A stretch of DNA of 64,000 nucleotides from an uncultured bacterium (lineage in GTDB: Bacteria > CSSED10-310 > CAZUFC01). Under the pieces are notes generated by a model that saw only the letters and a list, made by a program, of their open reading frames with translations, was not told where the DNA came from and ran no database searches. The stretch is from contig CAZUFC010000002.1 in the NCBI GenBank assembly GCA_964619725.1, positions 49,057 to 113,056 of the forward strand, in the 5' to 3' direction. The position numbers and the translations under genes are program-made. Positions 36,280 to 47,491 of the stretch are shown here, one piece after another (positions within the stretch are counted from its first letter, which is position 1; every line of letters starts with the position of its first letter).

Positions 36280-37710
36280 TCAACGAAGCGCTTTCGGAGC
36301 ATGAACGAGCCCCTTCAAGAGGCGTTTAAGGCTGTGGGGATTTTGACCGCATAGTTTCAGGGAGCGATATATCTGCCCCGGCTTTTTGTACAAAGCCTTG
36401 AGGGTTTTTTTATAGATATTGTCCATTTCGGCAATGGTCATGCCTGGAATGGGAATCAGGAAATTCATTCCGTTCATGAGCTGCCATTTCGTATGCAGTT
36501 CGTATTCATATTTGTAGGAGTCATAAACCGTGGTCCCGGGATAGGGAGTGAATTTCGAGATGGAGATGAGGTCCAGTTTCAGTCGTGAAGCGAAACGCAC
36601 GGTTTCTTTGATAGTATCCAGATTTTCTCCGGGGTACCCCATCATGAAGAGACCTTTGATTTTAATTCCTCTTTTTTTAGCCAGAGCGATGCCCTGTTCA
36701 GCCCGGCTCAGCGATAAATCTTTACCCATCTGCTGGAGCAGTTTCTCGGCCCCGCTTTCGAGCCCTACGTTGATCATCCAGCATCCAGCGGACTTCATCT
36801 CACGTAAAATTTCATCTGTGAGCAGATCGGCTCTTAAATCGATGGTCCAGGTAAGTTTAGGCTTATATTGGGATTTCCTGAAATAATCGCATACAGCTTG
36901 CATTTTTTTTTGATCAATGACGAAAAGATCGTCATAGAAAATAATGTGTTTCACGCCATATTTTCTTTTCATGTCGTCAATTTGCCGGATGATATATTCA
37001 GCGGAGAATGTTCTGTAATCATGTCCGAAAACCGAATGGTCGCAGAATTTGCATTGATATGGACAACCTCTGGACGTGACGAAGGGCAGGACGGGAAATC
37101 GGGCATAGGCGAACATAGGCGGCATAAAGGCTTTCTTGTTTTCCAGGAGATCGAAATTCAAAAAAGGCAGTGAGTCGAGTAGCTGAATCCTGGTACGCTT
37201 CGGAGTGCGATAGATGCTGTGAGAGTTTCGATAAGCCAGACCTTTTATTTCAGCAGGATCGCTATCATTTTCTATCGCCCGGATTAATTCAAGGAAGGTT
37301 TCTTCGCCCTCTCCTATCACGCCATAATCAAAACCTTCATACCTGCTCAGCGTCTGTTCAGGCACGGCGGAAATATGAGGCCCCCCGGCGACTATAATGA
37401 CGCCTTTCTGTTTTTGCTTCAGCGTATCCGCGATCTTTCCGGCATTTTCAACGGAGCAGGTGTAACCGGAAATGCCCACGATGTCCGGTCTATACGCTAA
37501 AATTTTTTTGATAATAACTGGCCTGGTCGATTCCTGGAATCCTCCTTCAAAAACCTTTACATCATATCCTTCACTGCTGATTTTACCGGCGAGAGCCAGG
37601 ATGCCTAGTGCAGGCATGCTGTTAAATAAAGGGGCCAGGGCATCCGCTGTTTCGTTCCAGGGTCTGTATGGAGGATTCACCAGGGCGATTTTAAAGTTGT
37701 CTTTTTTCAT
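36280..37710 (-). CDS. B12-binding radical SAM protein
   Basis: N-terminal cobalamin-binding fold (PDIVGIS, AGGPH, GEGE); RGCPYQCKFC (CxxxCxxC); GLESG; PYPGT. Confidence 0.9.
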   Translation of the reverse strand: MKKDNFKIALVNPPYRPWNETADALAPLFNSMPALGILALAGKISSEGYDVKVFEGGFQESTRPVIIKKILAYRPDIVGISGYTCSVENAGKIADTLKQKQKGVIIVAGGPHISAVPEQTLSRYEGFDYGVIGEGEETFLELIRAIENDSDPAEIKGLAYRNSHSIYRTPKRTRIQLLDSLPFLNFDLLENKKAFMPPMFAYARFPVLPFVTSRGCPYQCKFCDHSVFGHDYRTFSAEYIIRQIDDMKRKYGVKHIIFYDDLFVIDQKKMQAVCDYFRKSQYKPKLTWTIDLRADLLTDEILREMKSAGCWMINVGLESGAEKLLQQMGKDLSLSRAEQGIALAKKRGIKIKGLFMMGYPGENLDTIKETVRFASRLKLDLISISKFTPYPGTTVYDSYKYEYELHTKWQLMNGMNFLIPIPGMTIAEMDNIYKKTLKALYKKPGQIYRSLKLCGQNPHSLKRLLKGLVHAPKALR

Positions 37711-38042
37711 TGCTTCCTTTTCGGCTGAAGGTCTTCCTTTCTCCTCGAAAAATACACATCTCCTTTTCCTTGAACTTAACCTTTACTCACTTTTTTGACT
37801 TTTGACTTTGTTTCGTTCTTTCCAACACACTTCAACCTGAGCTTGTCAACGAATTCTTATATGAAATAACGTCAAAAATACAGAAAGTCCAATTTCAAAA
37901 CTAAATTGATCACTGGTAACGACCCCTCATTCGAACGAATAAGGAATAGAGCTTTCTATTGTGAAACCTTCTCTACTCCCCCGTTATCCCTGGTTCCTGT
38001 CCGCCCCGGCATGCCGGGTGAAAAATGAGTTTTGGACAGGAG

Positions 38043-38261
38043 CTAACCCTTGCACGAAGCGCAGGAACTTGCTGTACAGGAGGCGCAAGAACCGGACGAA
38101 GAGGACTTCAGGGTATTTCCGCTTTTGAAACCGAATGCGGAAAACAGTTTCTTCACTTTACTGCTTCCGCATTCCGGGCATGAAACAACTCCTTCATTTT
38201 TCATGACGAGTTTTTCAAATTCAGCTTTGCAATTTTGACAGCAAAACTCGTAAATAGGCAT
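38043..38261 (-). CDS. FmdB family zinc-ribbon protein
   Basis: MPIYEFCCQNC...CPECGS plus a Cys/Ser-rich tail. Confidence 0.85.
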   Translation of the reverse strand: MPIYEFCCQNCKAEFEKLVMKNEGVVSCPECGSSKVKKLFSAFGFKSGNTLKSSSSGSCASCTASSCASCKG

Positions 38262-38311
38262 AACCGCCGTCCTCCTTGACCCGGCGTCACCTTTTTCAGA
38301 CCTGAAAGCCG

Positions 38312-38956
38312 CTACTTGGGAATATTCTGAGCATCCTTCAGGAAGCGTTCAATTCCGATGGTCGTCAGAGGATGTTCGCTTAATTTCTGAATGACATTGA
38401 AAGGAATTGTAGCCACGTCCGCTCCGTAAAGCGCCGCTTCTCTTACGTGTAAAGGATGGCGTATGCTCGCGACCAGAACCTCGGTTTCGAATGCATAATT
38501 TTCATAAACCGTCACGATGTCTTTCACCAGGGACATTCCAACATGAGTAATATCGTCCAACCTTCCCACAAAGGGACTGACGTAGTCAGCGCCTGCCTTG
38601 CCCACCAGCAATGCCTGGCTGAGAGAGAAAACAAGCGTCACATTTGTACTGATACCTTCAGCGCTTAAAATATTGACCGCTTTAAGTCCGTCAATCGTCA
38701 TGGGAATCTTGACGACGATGTTGTCTGCAATCTTGGCGTGCTCACGAGCTTCCCGGACCATACCCTCTGTATCCAGCGCCAGAACTTCAGCGCTGACGGG
38801 ACCGTCGACAATGCTGCATATTTCTTCAAGACATTCCCTCGCATTTCGGCCTGTTTTAGCTATCAGAGAAGGATTAGTCGTTACTCCGTCTAATACGCCT
38901 ATTTTTTTTGCTTCTCGAATTTCTTCCGTTTTCGCGGTATCGATAAAAATTTGCAT
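38312..38956 (-). CDS. tal: Transaldolase / fructose-6-phosphate aldolase (small type)
   Basis: [27 protein letters not shown] and ASIRHP motifs; start at MQIFID. Confidence 0.92.
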   Translation of the reverse strand: MQIFIDTAKTEEIREAKKIGVLDGVTTNPSLIAKTGRNARECLEEICSIVDGPVSAEVLALDTEGMVREAREHAKIADNIVVKIPMTIDGLKAVNILSAEGISTNVTLVFSLSQALLVGKAGADYVSPFVGRLDDITHVGMSLVKDIVTVYENYAFETEVLVASIRHPLHVREAALYGADVATIPFNVIQKLSEHPLTTIGIERFLKDAQNIPK

Positions 38957-39030
38957 AATAACGCCTCCTGAATTCCGTGCGTCAAAAAATTCAACGCCCC
39001 CGGAAATTATAGTGATCAGTTTTTTTATTC

Positions 39031-41373
39031 TCAAGCATAATATGCTCTTTTTGTCAATGTGTATTCCTTTTTCTCTTCATCATTTTCCGCTGCATCCGAT
39101 TTCGTCCCGGCATTTGATTTCTCAGCCTGCACGTCTTGTATTCTTCCCTTTATTATGATCTGTTTCGGATCGATCTTCAATGATTTTTTCCAGGTCATGA
39201 GCGCTTCATCAATCCGGTCCAGTCTGTAAAAGCATTCCCCCTTGCTGTTCAACAAACGGGTATTGTCCGGAAACTTTTGCAGTCCTTTTTCATATATCTC
39301 AATCGCCTTCTCATATTCTCCGGTATCCTGAAACAGACTTCCTTTATAGAAAATGATCTCATCATTGTAGGGATACTCCTGCATCAGTCTGTCGAAGATT
39401 GCGGCGGGTTTACTGAGATTATCCTTTTCGAGGTAAATGTCTTTGAGCGCCTTGAGGGCTTGATTAGTCCACAAAAGAATATCGTCGTATTCATGCGGAA
39501 CGATTTGCTGGAAACCTTCAGGGGCTTCCCTGGCTATCCTGTCGTGAAATGCGATGAATTTAAGGGACATGTCCAGAAAATGCAGATATGCCTCGACGGC
39601 CTTTTCCGTCTCTCCCAGGCTCTGATATAGCGAAGCCCGATGATATCGTCCGAATTCATTGTCATTGTATTCCAAGGCTTTTTCTATGCTTTCCAGGGCT
39701 TTTTTCAACTGCCCCATATTCCAATATGCGATGCCGAGGTTCCTGTAAACCCTTTGATAATAAGGATTTTTACTGATAACGCTGAGATATGTTTTCACCG
39801 CCATTTCTCCGTTGTTCAGCGTATTATAATGGTATGCCAGATCGTATTCTGCAGCTATATTGGAAGCATCAAGCTTCACGGCTTTCGTCAGCTCTTCGGA
39901 AGCATAAGGTGTTTTCGCCAGAAAAGGAATGGCTCTCTGATAATGATAGCTGCTTTGAATTCGCCTTATCCCCGTCGCCGCAGCATAGATGCTGAGAGCG
40001 ATAAAAACGAAAGCCAGAAGCCCCGCAATCTGTTTATGCACGGAAAGCCCTGAGCCCCGGTCTTTGCTCCTGCCTGTCTGACGCTTCCGATTTTTTCTTT
40101 TTTGCGTTGACAGATTAGAATAATCGCTCAGATAAAAAGCTCCGTACGTGAGGCCTAAAAACATCCAAAAAGAGACATAAGGACCGCTCCATCGCATATT
40201 AACGCTGACCGCATTATGAGCGAGAAAGGCAATCAGTCCTGCGGAGAGAAACAAAGAGAGTTCTTTGTAATAAGCGGATTCGCCGGAACGAAAATATTCA
40301 ATAAATCTTTTACCGATTGCCGCCAGTACGAAAACGAAAAGAAAAAAACCTATCACTCCTTCTTCCGCCAGTAATTCAAGATATTCATTGTGAGCGTGCA
40401 GGAGATTCTCTGCGTGTCTGAATCTGCGCAGGTATTGATCGTCTCTGTATTTAGGAAACAAAATGAAAAAAGTTCCCAGCCCATGTCCTGTTACGGGTTT
40501 ATCCAGAAACATCCTGGAAGCTCCTTCCCAGGTTTTTACGCGAAACATATTGGCGGACAATATTCTGGGTCCGAATTTCACTCCTGCTGTTACCGTCAGG
40601 CCGGCTATTATGATCAACCCCGCGACTAATATTTTTTTGTTGAATCCGGCTTTTTTCAACAAGCCGCTGACGATAAACGAGAAAACTAAAAAAGCTATGC
40701 CGGTCAGGATGCCGACGGCAGCCCCCCAGCTTTTCGTCAAAACCAGGGCTCCCAGCAACAGCAGGATATTGCCGGCATAGAATATGCGGTTTTCCGAGTT
40801 TCGTTTAAGCCATAAAAGGCCAAGGCAGGCGAAAAGATTCAGTTCAAGAAAAGCTGCATACAGGTTTGGATGCCCGAATGTTGAAAAAATTCCGGTAGTG
40901 AAGGGGCGACTCCATCCGGTAACGTCTATTTTCAGAATTTGACCAATGCCGTAAAGCGCGGTCAAAGTTGAGGAAACTATCATAAAGAGAAGAGCGGTAT
41001 TGAATGATTTTTTTGTTCTGATAATGTTGATTATAACAAAGAAGAGCAGGTAACCGGAGACTCTTCTCTGCCATTCCCAGATGCCGAACAAACGATAGGG
41101 GGAAACGAGAGCTGAGATCAATTCATAGAGAAGAATAATAATCAGCGGGATAAGGAAAGGATATTTTTTAAACCAGTTAATTTGATTTCGGTTCGCTTTA
41201 ATTTCTTTCCAGAGTAGCATGGCGGCGAGAAGAAAGGCGGCGGTTTGGGCTACAACGTATTTTGGCAGAGTAACGCCCCGGATATTCGGAAGCATAACCA
41301 GGGGAAAAATCAGCAATAAAACGTATATGATGACTCTGATATTGGCTTCCCATACTTTTTCTTGTTTGTTCAT
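39031..41373 (-). CDS. O-antigen ligase (Wzy_C)-like membrane protein with C-terminal TPRs
   Basis: [26 protein letters not shown] and GVIG motifs; TPR repeats after the last TM. Confidence 0.85.
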   Translation of the reverse strand: MNKQEKVWEANIRVIIYVLLLIFPLVMLPNIRGVTLPKYVVAQTAAFLLAAMLLWKEIKANRNQINWFKKYPFLIPLIIILLYELISALVSPYRLFGIWEWQRRVSGYLLFFVIINIIRTKKSFNTALLFMIVSSTLTALYGIGQILKIDVTGWSRPFTTGIFSTFGHPNLYAAFLELNLFACLGLLWLKRNSENRIFYAGNILLLLGALVLTKSWGAAVGILTGIAFLVFSFIVSGLLKKAGFNKKILVAGLIIIAGLTVTAGVKFGPRILSANMFRVKTWEGASRMFLDKPVTGHGLGTFFILFPKYRDDQYLRRFRHAENLLHAHNEYLELLAEEGVIGFFLFVFVLAAIGKRFIEYFRSGESAYYKELSLFLSAGLIAFLAHNAVSVNMRWSGPYVSFWMFLGLTYGAFYLSDYSNLSTQKRKNRKRQTGRSKDRGSGLSVHKQIAGLLAFVFIALSIYAAATGIRRIQSSYHYQRAIPFLAKTPYASEELTKAVKLDASNIAAEYDLAYHYNTLNNGEMAVKTYLSVISKNPYYQRVYRNLGIAYWNMGQLKKALESIEKALEYNDNEFGRYHRASLYQSLGETEKAVEAYLHFLDMSLKFIAFHDRIAREAPEGFQQIVPHEYDDILLWTNQALKALKDIYLEKDNLSKPAAIFDRLMQEYPYNDEIIFYKGSLFQDTGEYEKAIEIYEKGLQKFPDNTRLLNSKGECFYRLDRIDEALMTWKKSLKIDPKQIIIKGRIQDVQAEKSNAGTKSDAAENDEEKKEYTLTKRAYYA

Positions 41374-43952
41374 TCTGTTTCTTCCTTTTTACCGGCATTA
41401 TTCAAAAAAATTTTCATCAGCGGCGGCAAAAAAGTTAAAGCTGAAATAAGGCAGAAGCCTATGCCGAGGAGCGCCAGGCGTCCGATAGTGGCCAAGCCTT
41501 TGAATTGCGCCAGGATGAGTGAACCGAAACCGATCATAGTGGTCAGCGAGGTTAAAAGGACGGCAACGCCGGTTTTTTCAACGACCGTTTCAGGCGATTC
41601 TTTTTTTCCTGAGCGATAACGATGCAGGATATGAACGCCGTCGTCTACTCCAATTCCGATGATGACGGGTACCACGATTATATTCATAAAATTGAGTTTC
41701 CAATCAGCGTATTTCATCAGCGCCAGACTCCAGATTAAACTATAAATCAGGGGAGTCAAACAAAGCAAGGCGGTTTTTACATTTCCGAAATGAATGCGGA
41801 GAATCAGCAGAGTCAAAAGAACGGCGAGAACCACAAGCCGGTTCAAATCCTCAAGGATAATATTTTTGAACTTACTTATCAGTAGGTCCATACCCGTTAG
41901 AACGGCTTCGGATTCCCTTTCCAGCAGCTTTAAAGCTTCTCTGATCGAGTCGGACTCCCATTTTTCATGAGGTATGCGTATGTAGGTAAAAAAACGGTGG
42001 CTTCCTTCTTTTTTCATATAATATATTTTGAGCAGGTCGCTCAATTCAGAGCCGAGAAAATCATGAATATCTATGAGTTTTTCCGGCGCCAGGAACTCCT
42101 GAACAGCCTCCAGATAGGGTTCGAATTTATCGAGGCGAAAACCTTCTGCGGACAGGGCATTTCTGATGTTCAGGACCGCAGATTGAGGTTCGATGCGTTC
42201 AGTGATCAACTGCTGCCTTTTCCTTTGAGCTTGCCGTTTTGGAATGAAAGTCGTTATTGAATCGTAATCAGTCAGTGCGGCATCCCATTTTTTTTCAATA
42301 ATTTCCGCAGTTTTCCCGGCTTGCGAAAAAGCTTTTTCCGCTGTATCAGCTTCATGAATAGCAATCACTGTCGATTCGGAACCCCCGAAATGCTTTTCTA
42401 TTAATTTTTGAATCTGTTCGATATCATCCTTCTGCGAACGTAATTCAGCCAGGTTGGTTTCAAAATGCAAAATAGGTTCATCATTAAAAGGAAACAGGAA
42501 AATAGCGCCTGCAACGGCAGCGATTATTCCCGTCACGCTGGTTATTACCGGATTTTTCAGAAAAAAAGCTGCGTATTTGCGGACGCAACCGGCAATGACA
42601 GGACTGACATGCGTAATTTTGGTTTTTGCTCTTTTATCGGTTAAATACAACAATGCAGGCATGAAGGTAAACAAGGAGAGCAGCGTTAAAACGAGTCCGA
42701 CGGAGACGGATATGCCCATTTGAGCCAGACCGTGGAATCTGCTTAATGAGATAACGCCGAAAACTGCCGCTGTTGTAAGCGCGCCGGTAAATACACCCGG
42801 TCCGGATTCGCTCAGCGCCGTAGCCATGGATTCATCAGTCTGTCTTCCGTATGATTTTTCTTCTCTGAAGCGATTCATGATATGGATGGCGAAATCGATG
42901 CCCAGTCCAACCAATACGGCTGCGAAAACGCCTGTAACGAGCGTGATTTTTCCCAGGAGGAGAGCGAGCAGCCCGACAGACCATATGATGCCCGTCAATA
43001 AGGAGGCTCCGATGATCAATAAGGACTTAACATGCCGAAAGAAGAACAGATAAAGAAGCAGCACTCCTAGGAACGAAGTAATGAAAGTCCATTGTATGTC
43101 ATGACGAATAGTTTCGGCATCAGCCAGGGCGGACAAATGAACCCCAGCGAAACGGCACTGGAGCTCCCCGCCGGAATATCCTTCCTCCCTGACGCTTTCG
43201 ACGGCATTATCCAGCGTGATCTTTAAATTTCTGCTGTAGTCTATATCCTGAGGAGGCTTTTTCGGCTCCATCAACATAAACAGAGCATTCCCGTCAGGGG
43301 CGAGGTAAAGCCCGGTTTCCATTGAAAATTGAAATGTCGAATCGCCGGCGGCAAGCGGCTGCAGGTAACTCATCATAGGCTCAAATACTCCCGCAGGGTC
43401 CATGGAGATCAGCTCGCCTGCCGCTGCACCTGCTTGCGATATGAGCAGCAACCGGGTTTTCTTGACTGAATCCCGGATAGCATCCCGGGTTAAATTTTTT
43501 TCATATTCCCTTAGCTGATCCTCAGTAAGATAAAGCAATCCCTTCTTTTTAAAAAAATCCAGAAAAAATTCCCTCTGCTTCTGAGATACGCCGTACCTTA
43601 TCTGATGAAATAAACCGCTTTCCTCCAGTTCACCGGCGAGAGAATCGGCGAAAGCCGTCAAACGATCAACCGGCACATCGCTCGCCTTCGTCAATATGGC
43701 CGTTAAACTTTCGCTCGTACCGAAAACTTCAAGGTGCTCCCTGAAAAGACGAACCTGCCTGTCCTTTTGAGGCATCATGCTGAGGATATCCGCATCCAGT
43801 TCAAGCGTGAGGGCAGCAGTCATTATGGAAGCTAATGTGATTATGCTTGCGACGGCAATAATTTTTTTCGGATGACGACATACGAAAAAACCAAACCGGA
43901 AAAAGATGCCTTGCATCAATCCTTTCCCATCAAGGCCTTTCCTTAAACTCAT
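41370..43952 (-). CDS. MMPL/RND family transporter (HpnN-like), copy 2
   Basis: GLGIDFAIH, GIGVDDGVH and TSLTTMIGFGSL motifs. Confidence 0.88.
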   Translation of the reverse strand: MSLRKGLDGKGLMQGIFFRFGFFVCRHPKKIIAVASIITLASIMTAALTLELDADILSMMPQKDRQVRLFREHLEVFGTSESLTAILTKASDVPVDRLTAFADSLAGELEESGLFHQIRYGVSQKQREFFLDFFKKKGLLYLTEDQLREYEKNLTRDAIRDSVKKTRLLLISQAGAAAGELISMDPAGVFEPMMSYLQPLAAGDSTFQFSMETGLYLAPDGNALFMLMEPKKPPQDIDYSRNLKITLDNAVESVREEGYSGGELQCRFAGVHLSALADAETIRHDIQWTFITSFLGVLLLYLFFFRHVKSLLIIGASLLTGIIWSVGLLALLLGKITLVTGVFAAVLVGLGIDFAIHIMNRFREEKSYGRQTDESMATALSESGPGVFTGALTTAAVFGVISLSRFHGLAQMGISVSVGLVLTLLSLFTFMPALLYLTDKRAKTKITHVSPVIAGCVRKYAAFFLKNPVITSVTGIIAAVAGAIFLFPFNDEPILHFETNLAELRSQKDDIEQIQKLIEKHFGGSESTVIAIHEADTAEKAFSQAGKTAEIIEKKWDAALTDYDSITTFIPKRQAQRKRQQLITERIEPQSAVLNIRNALSAEGFRLDKFEPYLEAVQEFLAPEKLIDIHDFLGSELSDLLKIYYMKKEGSHRFFTYIRIPHEKWESDSIREALKLLERESEAVLTGMDLLISKFKNIILEDLNRLVVLAVLLTLLILRIHFGNVKTALLCLTPLIYSLIWSLALMKYADWKLNFMNIIVVPVIIGIGVDDGVHILHRYRSGKKESPETVVEKTGVAVLLTSLTTMIGFGSLILAQFKGLATIGRLALLGIGFCLISALTFLPPLMKIFLNNAGKKEETE

Positions 43953-43985
43953 TTTTCAAGGGCATCCTATGCGGACAGACACTGA

Positions 43986-44705
43986 TCAGTCAAACCGTTT
44001 TTTCAGCCTGAACAAGGATTTTATCATGTCTTTCCATACGTAAAGACTGATTTCATAAGTATCCGTCACGGGTTTGTAATGACTTGTTTCCGAGTTTTTC
44101 CGTTCATAGATGGTTCTGACGGGTATCTGGAGGACCTTCCTTTTACGGCGCACCATTTTCATCAGTATTTCAGTTTCCGTTTCAAATCCGGAGGTTCTTA
44201 TTTTAATCTCTTTCAAAGCTTCTCTTTTGTATAATCTGTATCCTGACTGGGAATCGGCCAGATGCAAATCCAGATAAGCATTCATTATCTTCGTTCCGAT
44301 CATATTAGTGATGTAGCGGTATCGCGGATATTCCACACCGTCGGTGAATCTGACTCCGATTATCATGTCCGCGTTTGAGGCGCTATAGGCGCGCAGGAAC
44401 TTCGGCAGGTCATCCGGGTCGTGCTGTCCGTCCGCATCCATCGTTATAATTCCTTGCCCGCAGCGTCTCAGTAAATATTCCATACCGCTTCTCAACGCGC
44501 CGCCCTTGCCCACGTTTCTATGATGCCGGATGACCTCTGCTCCGGCTCTTTCGCTATTCAACGCGGTTTCATCACACGATCCGTCGTCCACGACAAGTAT
44601 CTTATCGGTATATTTTTTAATTCTCTCTATCAGCGGGCCAATGACATTCCCGCACTCGCAGGCCGGAATCAAAATATAAAATTCATTTAACGATTTGTTT
44701 TTCAT
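43986..44705 (-). CDS. GT2 glycosyltransferase (DPM/DPG synthase-like)
   Basis: VVDDGS, NVGKG, MDADGQH and DSQSGYR motifs. Confidence 0.9.
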   Translation of the reverse strand: MKNKSLNEFYILIPACECGNVIGPLIERIKKYTDKILVVDDGSCDETALNSERAGAEVIRHHRNVGKGGALRSGMEYLLRRCGQGIITMDADGQHDPDDLPKFLRAYSASNADMIIGVRFTDGVEYPRYRYITNMIGTKIMNAYLDLHLADSQSGYRLYKREALKEIKIRTSGFETETEILMKMVRRKRKVLQIPVRTIYERKNSETSHYKPVTDTYEISLYVWKDMIKSLFRLKKRFD

Positions 44706-47355
44706 TTTTCAGGGACCCGTTTTTGCGCGAAAACTGATAAAGCAAAGCAGGAAGAAAAACTACGGAAGTCACCATGCAGAATCCGATCCCCAGCAAAGAG
44801 ATTATCCCCATGGACGACAGTCCGCTGTAATCGGCAAAACTCAGCGATCCGAAAGACACCATCGTCGTCAAGGAAGTCATGATGATGGCTTTGCCAGTCG
44901 TTCGCAACGTCGTTTCAACGCTTCTCCTGTCTCCCTCAAAGTAGCGATGAATGATGTGGATGCCGTCATCGATTCCTATTCCGATTATCATTCCCACTAC
45001 AAAAATATTGATGTAATTCAATTCAATGCCTAATAGCCTGACGCCTCCCATCATCCAGATTATTCCAACAAAAACGGGAACCAGAGAGATGATAGCGAGT
45101 TTCAGGTTCCTGAAATGAAGCATCAGAATAATGAAAACAGCGAGCAGCGCCCAGGTCGTAACCATCTTGAAACTCTTTCGGATTCTGTTCTTCAGTTCCA
45201 ATATCAAGAGAGCCATGCCCGTCAGTGAGTAGGAATCGTTATCGCCGTCAAGCGCCTTGTTTATAAGAACGATCATCTCCTCCGCTTCTTGTTTGATATG
45301 CATATTGCCTTTAGGATAAATGTATACTGCAGCGGCATACCCTCCGTCGTCCGTTTCGGCAATATACCTCTGCAGAATAAGGCTCAGGGGACTGTTCAAG
45401 ATTGTATTCAAAGCGAGCGTATTCTTTAATTCAAAGGAAACTTTTATTTTTTCCAGATACTCCTGGTATTGCGGCTGATAACGTATTTGATTGTCTGCTA
45501 AAGCTTCGCGGAACCATTTGTCTATTTGACGGAAATCAAGCGTTGCGGCATACTGTTCGAGCTTCTGGAGATTACGGTTCTGCTTTTCAAGGGAGGGGAG
45601 GTAACGATTGAGGGAATCGAGCCAGGAGATTTTTCCGTTTTGTTTAAGCGGTTCCAGTTTTTGTACGATGTCATTGATTTTCGTCAATATTTCATTTTCC
45701 GTTTCCGCATAAACGTAACAAATGATGGGCCTTAGATTACTGCCGACCATCTCTTTTATCTTGTCCTGAACCAGCAAGGCTTTATTGTGCCTGGACCTCA
45801 TAGCCCGGAGATTATCGTTGAAGTTAACCCCTGGTATCAGCAATAAAGAAATCAATGTCATCAGGCAACAGATCAGGATCACGGGCCTTGTCCGTTTCGT
45901 CAGTATTCGGGATAATTTTCCAGCGCCGAAAGGCCTCAGCGGCTTAAATTGCACATTTTTGTGAGCTGATTTTTCTCTGAGTGAAACCAGTACGGGCAGT
46001 ATGACGATCATGGATGTGAGGGAAGCCAGTATACCGACGCCTGTCAGAAAACCGAATTCAGCGATACCCTTGAATTCCGTGAAGATCATAGCGAAAAAAG
46101 CGATCGCCGTCGTGAAAGCGCCTGCCGTTACGCCCTTTCCCGTATAAGCCAGAGCGGTCTCCAGCGCCTTCAATGTGCCGGCTCCGTGTGCCCGTTCGTC
46201 CAGGTATCGATTGTAAATATGAATGGCGAAATCAATTCCCAATCCCATCACTATCGCGGAGCAGACGCTTGTAATGAGATTAAGATGCCCTATGGTCAGT
46301 TTTCCGATGCCCAGCGCCCATATGACGGCTATAATTAATGGAATTCCACCGAAAAGCACTACGCCGAGTCTTTTAAACGCGATATAAAACAATAACAGGA
46401 CTCCAAGAAAAGAAGTCAGGGTGGTTCGAAAAATATCGCGCCGTATCAGCCTGGACTCCTCCAATGCAATAATGTGACTTCCCGAATATCTTATTTTAAC
46501 GTCATCGACCAGTTGGTTTCCTGCATATACATCGTTGACTTCTTTTATTACACGCTGTATGCCTGCATCGAGTTTCCGGTTGAAGGACAAATCCTGAGGC
46601 GGTCCGTTCGGCTTGAGTATCATGAACAGATAATGATGATCGCTGCTCATGTAATACTCGTCAAAAATCTCCAGGTTGAAGAATCCGTGACTGTTCTCCA
46701 ATCCGCTGATGAAATCCGTGATCAGCCACAAAGGATCGATCATCAATATCTCACGCATTACGATAGACGCGCCCGTTAAACATAATTTCTGATTCTTACT
46801 GGTTACCGTATTGATTCCCTCTTTAGAGAGACGCTCAACGATCATTGCAAGATCAGAAGGCTCAACGAACAACGTTAAATAATTCAAGAGAAACGACTCG
46901 ATTTCCCTGCTTTTTCTCAACGTAAACCGATAATCGACGAAATCAAGCGTATCCAGGCTTTCCAATCCCTCCGCCAAAGCATTAATATACTCGCCAAGGA
47001 ATTCGGTATCTATTTCCTCCCGGCCCTCCAGGAATAAAACCACATAATCCGTCAACCCGAAATTTTCAATCACGTCGAAATAACTTTCGACCGCTTCGGA
47101 ATCAGAAGGCAAAAGGTCTATGATTTCAATCTGAACATCCAGGTCGAATGCTCCATACAGAGCCGGAAATGTCGTCAGAATAACCGCCGTCAAAACCCAG
47201 ACAGGATAAGTGTAAGCGATATAAGCTATTTTTTTCAGCAACCAATATCTCAATTTCGCCGGAACCTCTCCATCAATAAGACCCGGCCACTCAATACAGA
47301 TGCCTCTCTCTCTTCGGATTTCATCTCTCAACTGCCTCCACAGGTTCGCTCTCAC
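44683..47355 (-). CDS. MMPL/RND family transporter (HpnN-like), copy 1
   Basis: GLGIDFAIH, GIGIDDGIH and TSLTTMVSFGSL motifs; exact start uncertain. Confidence 0.88.
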   Translation of the reverse strand: MRANLWRQLRDEIRRERGICIEWPGLIDGEVPAKLRYWLLKKIAYIAYTYPVWVLTAVILTTFPALYGAFDLDVQIEIIDLLPSDSEAVESYFDVIENFGLTDYVVLFLEGREEIDTEFLGEYINALAEGLESLDTLDFVDYRFTLRKSREIESFLLNYLTLFVEPSDLAMIVERLSKEGINTVTSKNQKLCLTGASIVMREILMIDPLWLITDFISGLENSHGFFNLEIFDEYYMSSDHHYLFMILKPNGPPQDLSFNRKLDAGIQRVIKEVNDVYAGNQLVDDVKIRYSGSHIIALEESRLIRRDIFRTTLTSFLGVLLLFYIAFKRLGVVLFGGIPLIIAVIWALGIGKLTIGHLNLITSVCSAIVMGLGIDFAIHIYNRYLDERAHGAGTLKALETALAYTGKGVTAGAFTTAIAFFAMIFTEFKGIAEFGFLTGVGILASLTSMIVILPVLVSLREKSAHKNVQFKPLRPFGAGKLSRILTKRTRPVILICCLMTLISLLLIPGVNFNDNLRAMRSRHNKALLVQDKIKEMVGSNLRPIICYVYAETENEILTKINDIVQKLEPLKQNGKISWLDSLNRYLPSLEKQNRNLQKLEQYAATLDFRQIDKWFREALADNQIRYQPQYQEYLEKIKVSFELKNTLALNTILNSPLSLILQRYIAETDDGGYAAAVYIYPKGNMHIKQEAEEMIVLINKALDGDNDSYSLTGMALLILELKNRIRKSFKMVTTWALLAVFIILMLHFRNLKLAIISLVPVFVGIIWMMGGVRLLGIELNYINIFVVGMIIGIGIDDGIHIIHRYFEGDRRSVETTLRTTGKAIIMTSLTTMVSFGSLSFADYSGLSSMGIISLLGIGFCMVTSVVFLPALLYQFSRKNGSLKNEKQIVK

Positions 47356-47491
47356 CGAAAAACCGGGAGAATGCTATATCAGCTCCTGTCCTCTGTCAAA
47401 CAAGAAATCAGGCCGGCGGTTGAGTCGAATGATTCGGATTATTGAAGGTTAAATCCTGATCGAAGGGCTCTGACCCTCCGTCAACCCTTCA

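Noticed and set aside
37711-38040. Cobalamin riboswitch upstream of the B12 radical SAM gene
   Set aside because: No B12-box or other conserved core was recognisable by eye; only a short CCCGGCATGCCGGG palindrome after fmdB.
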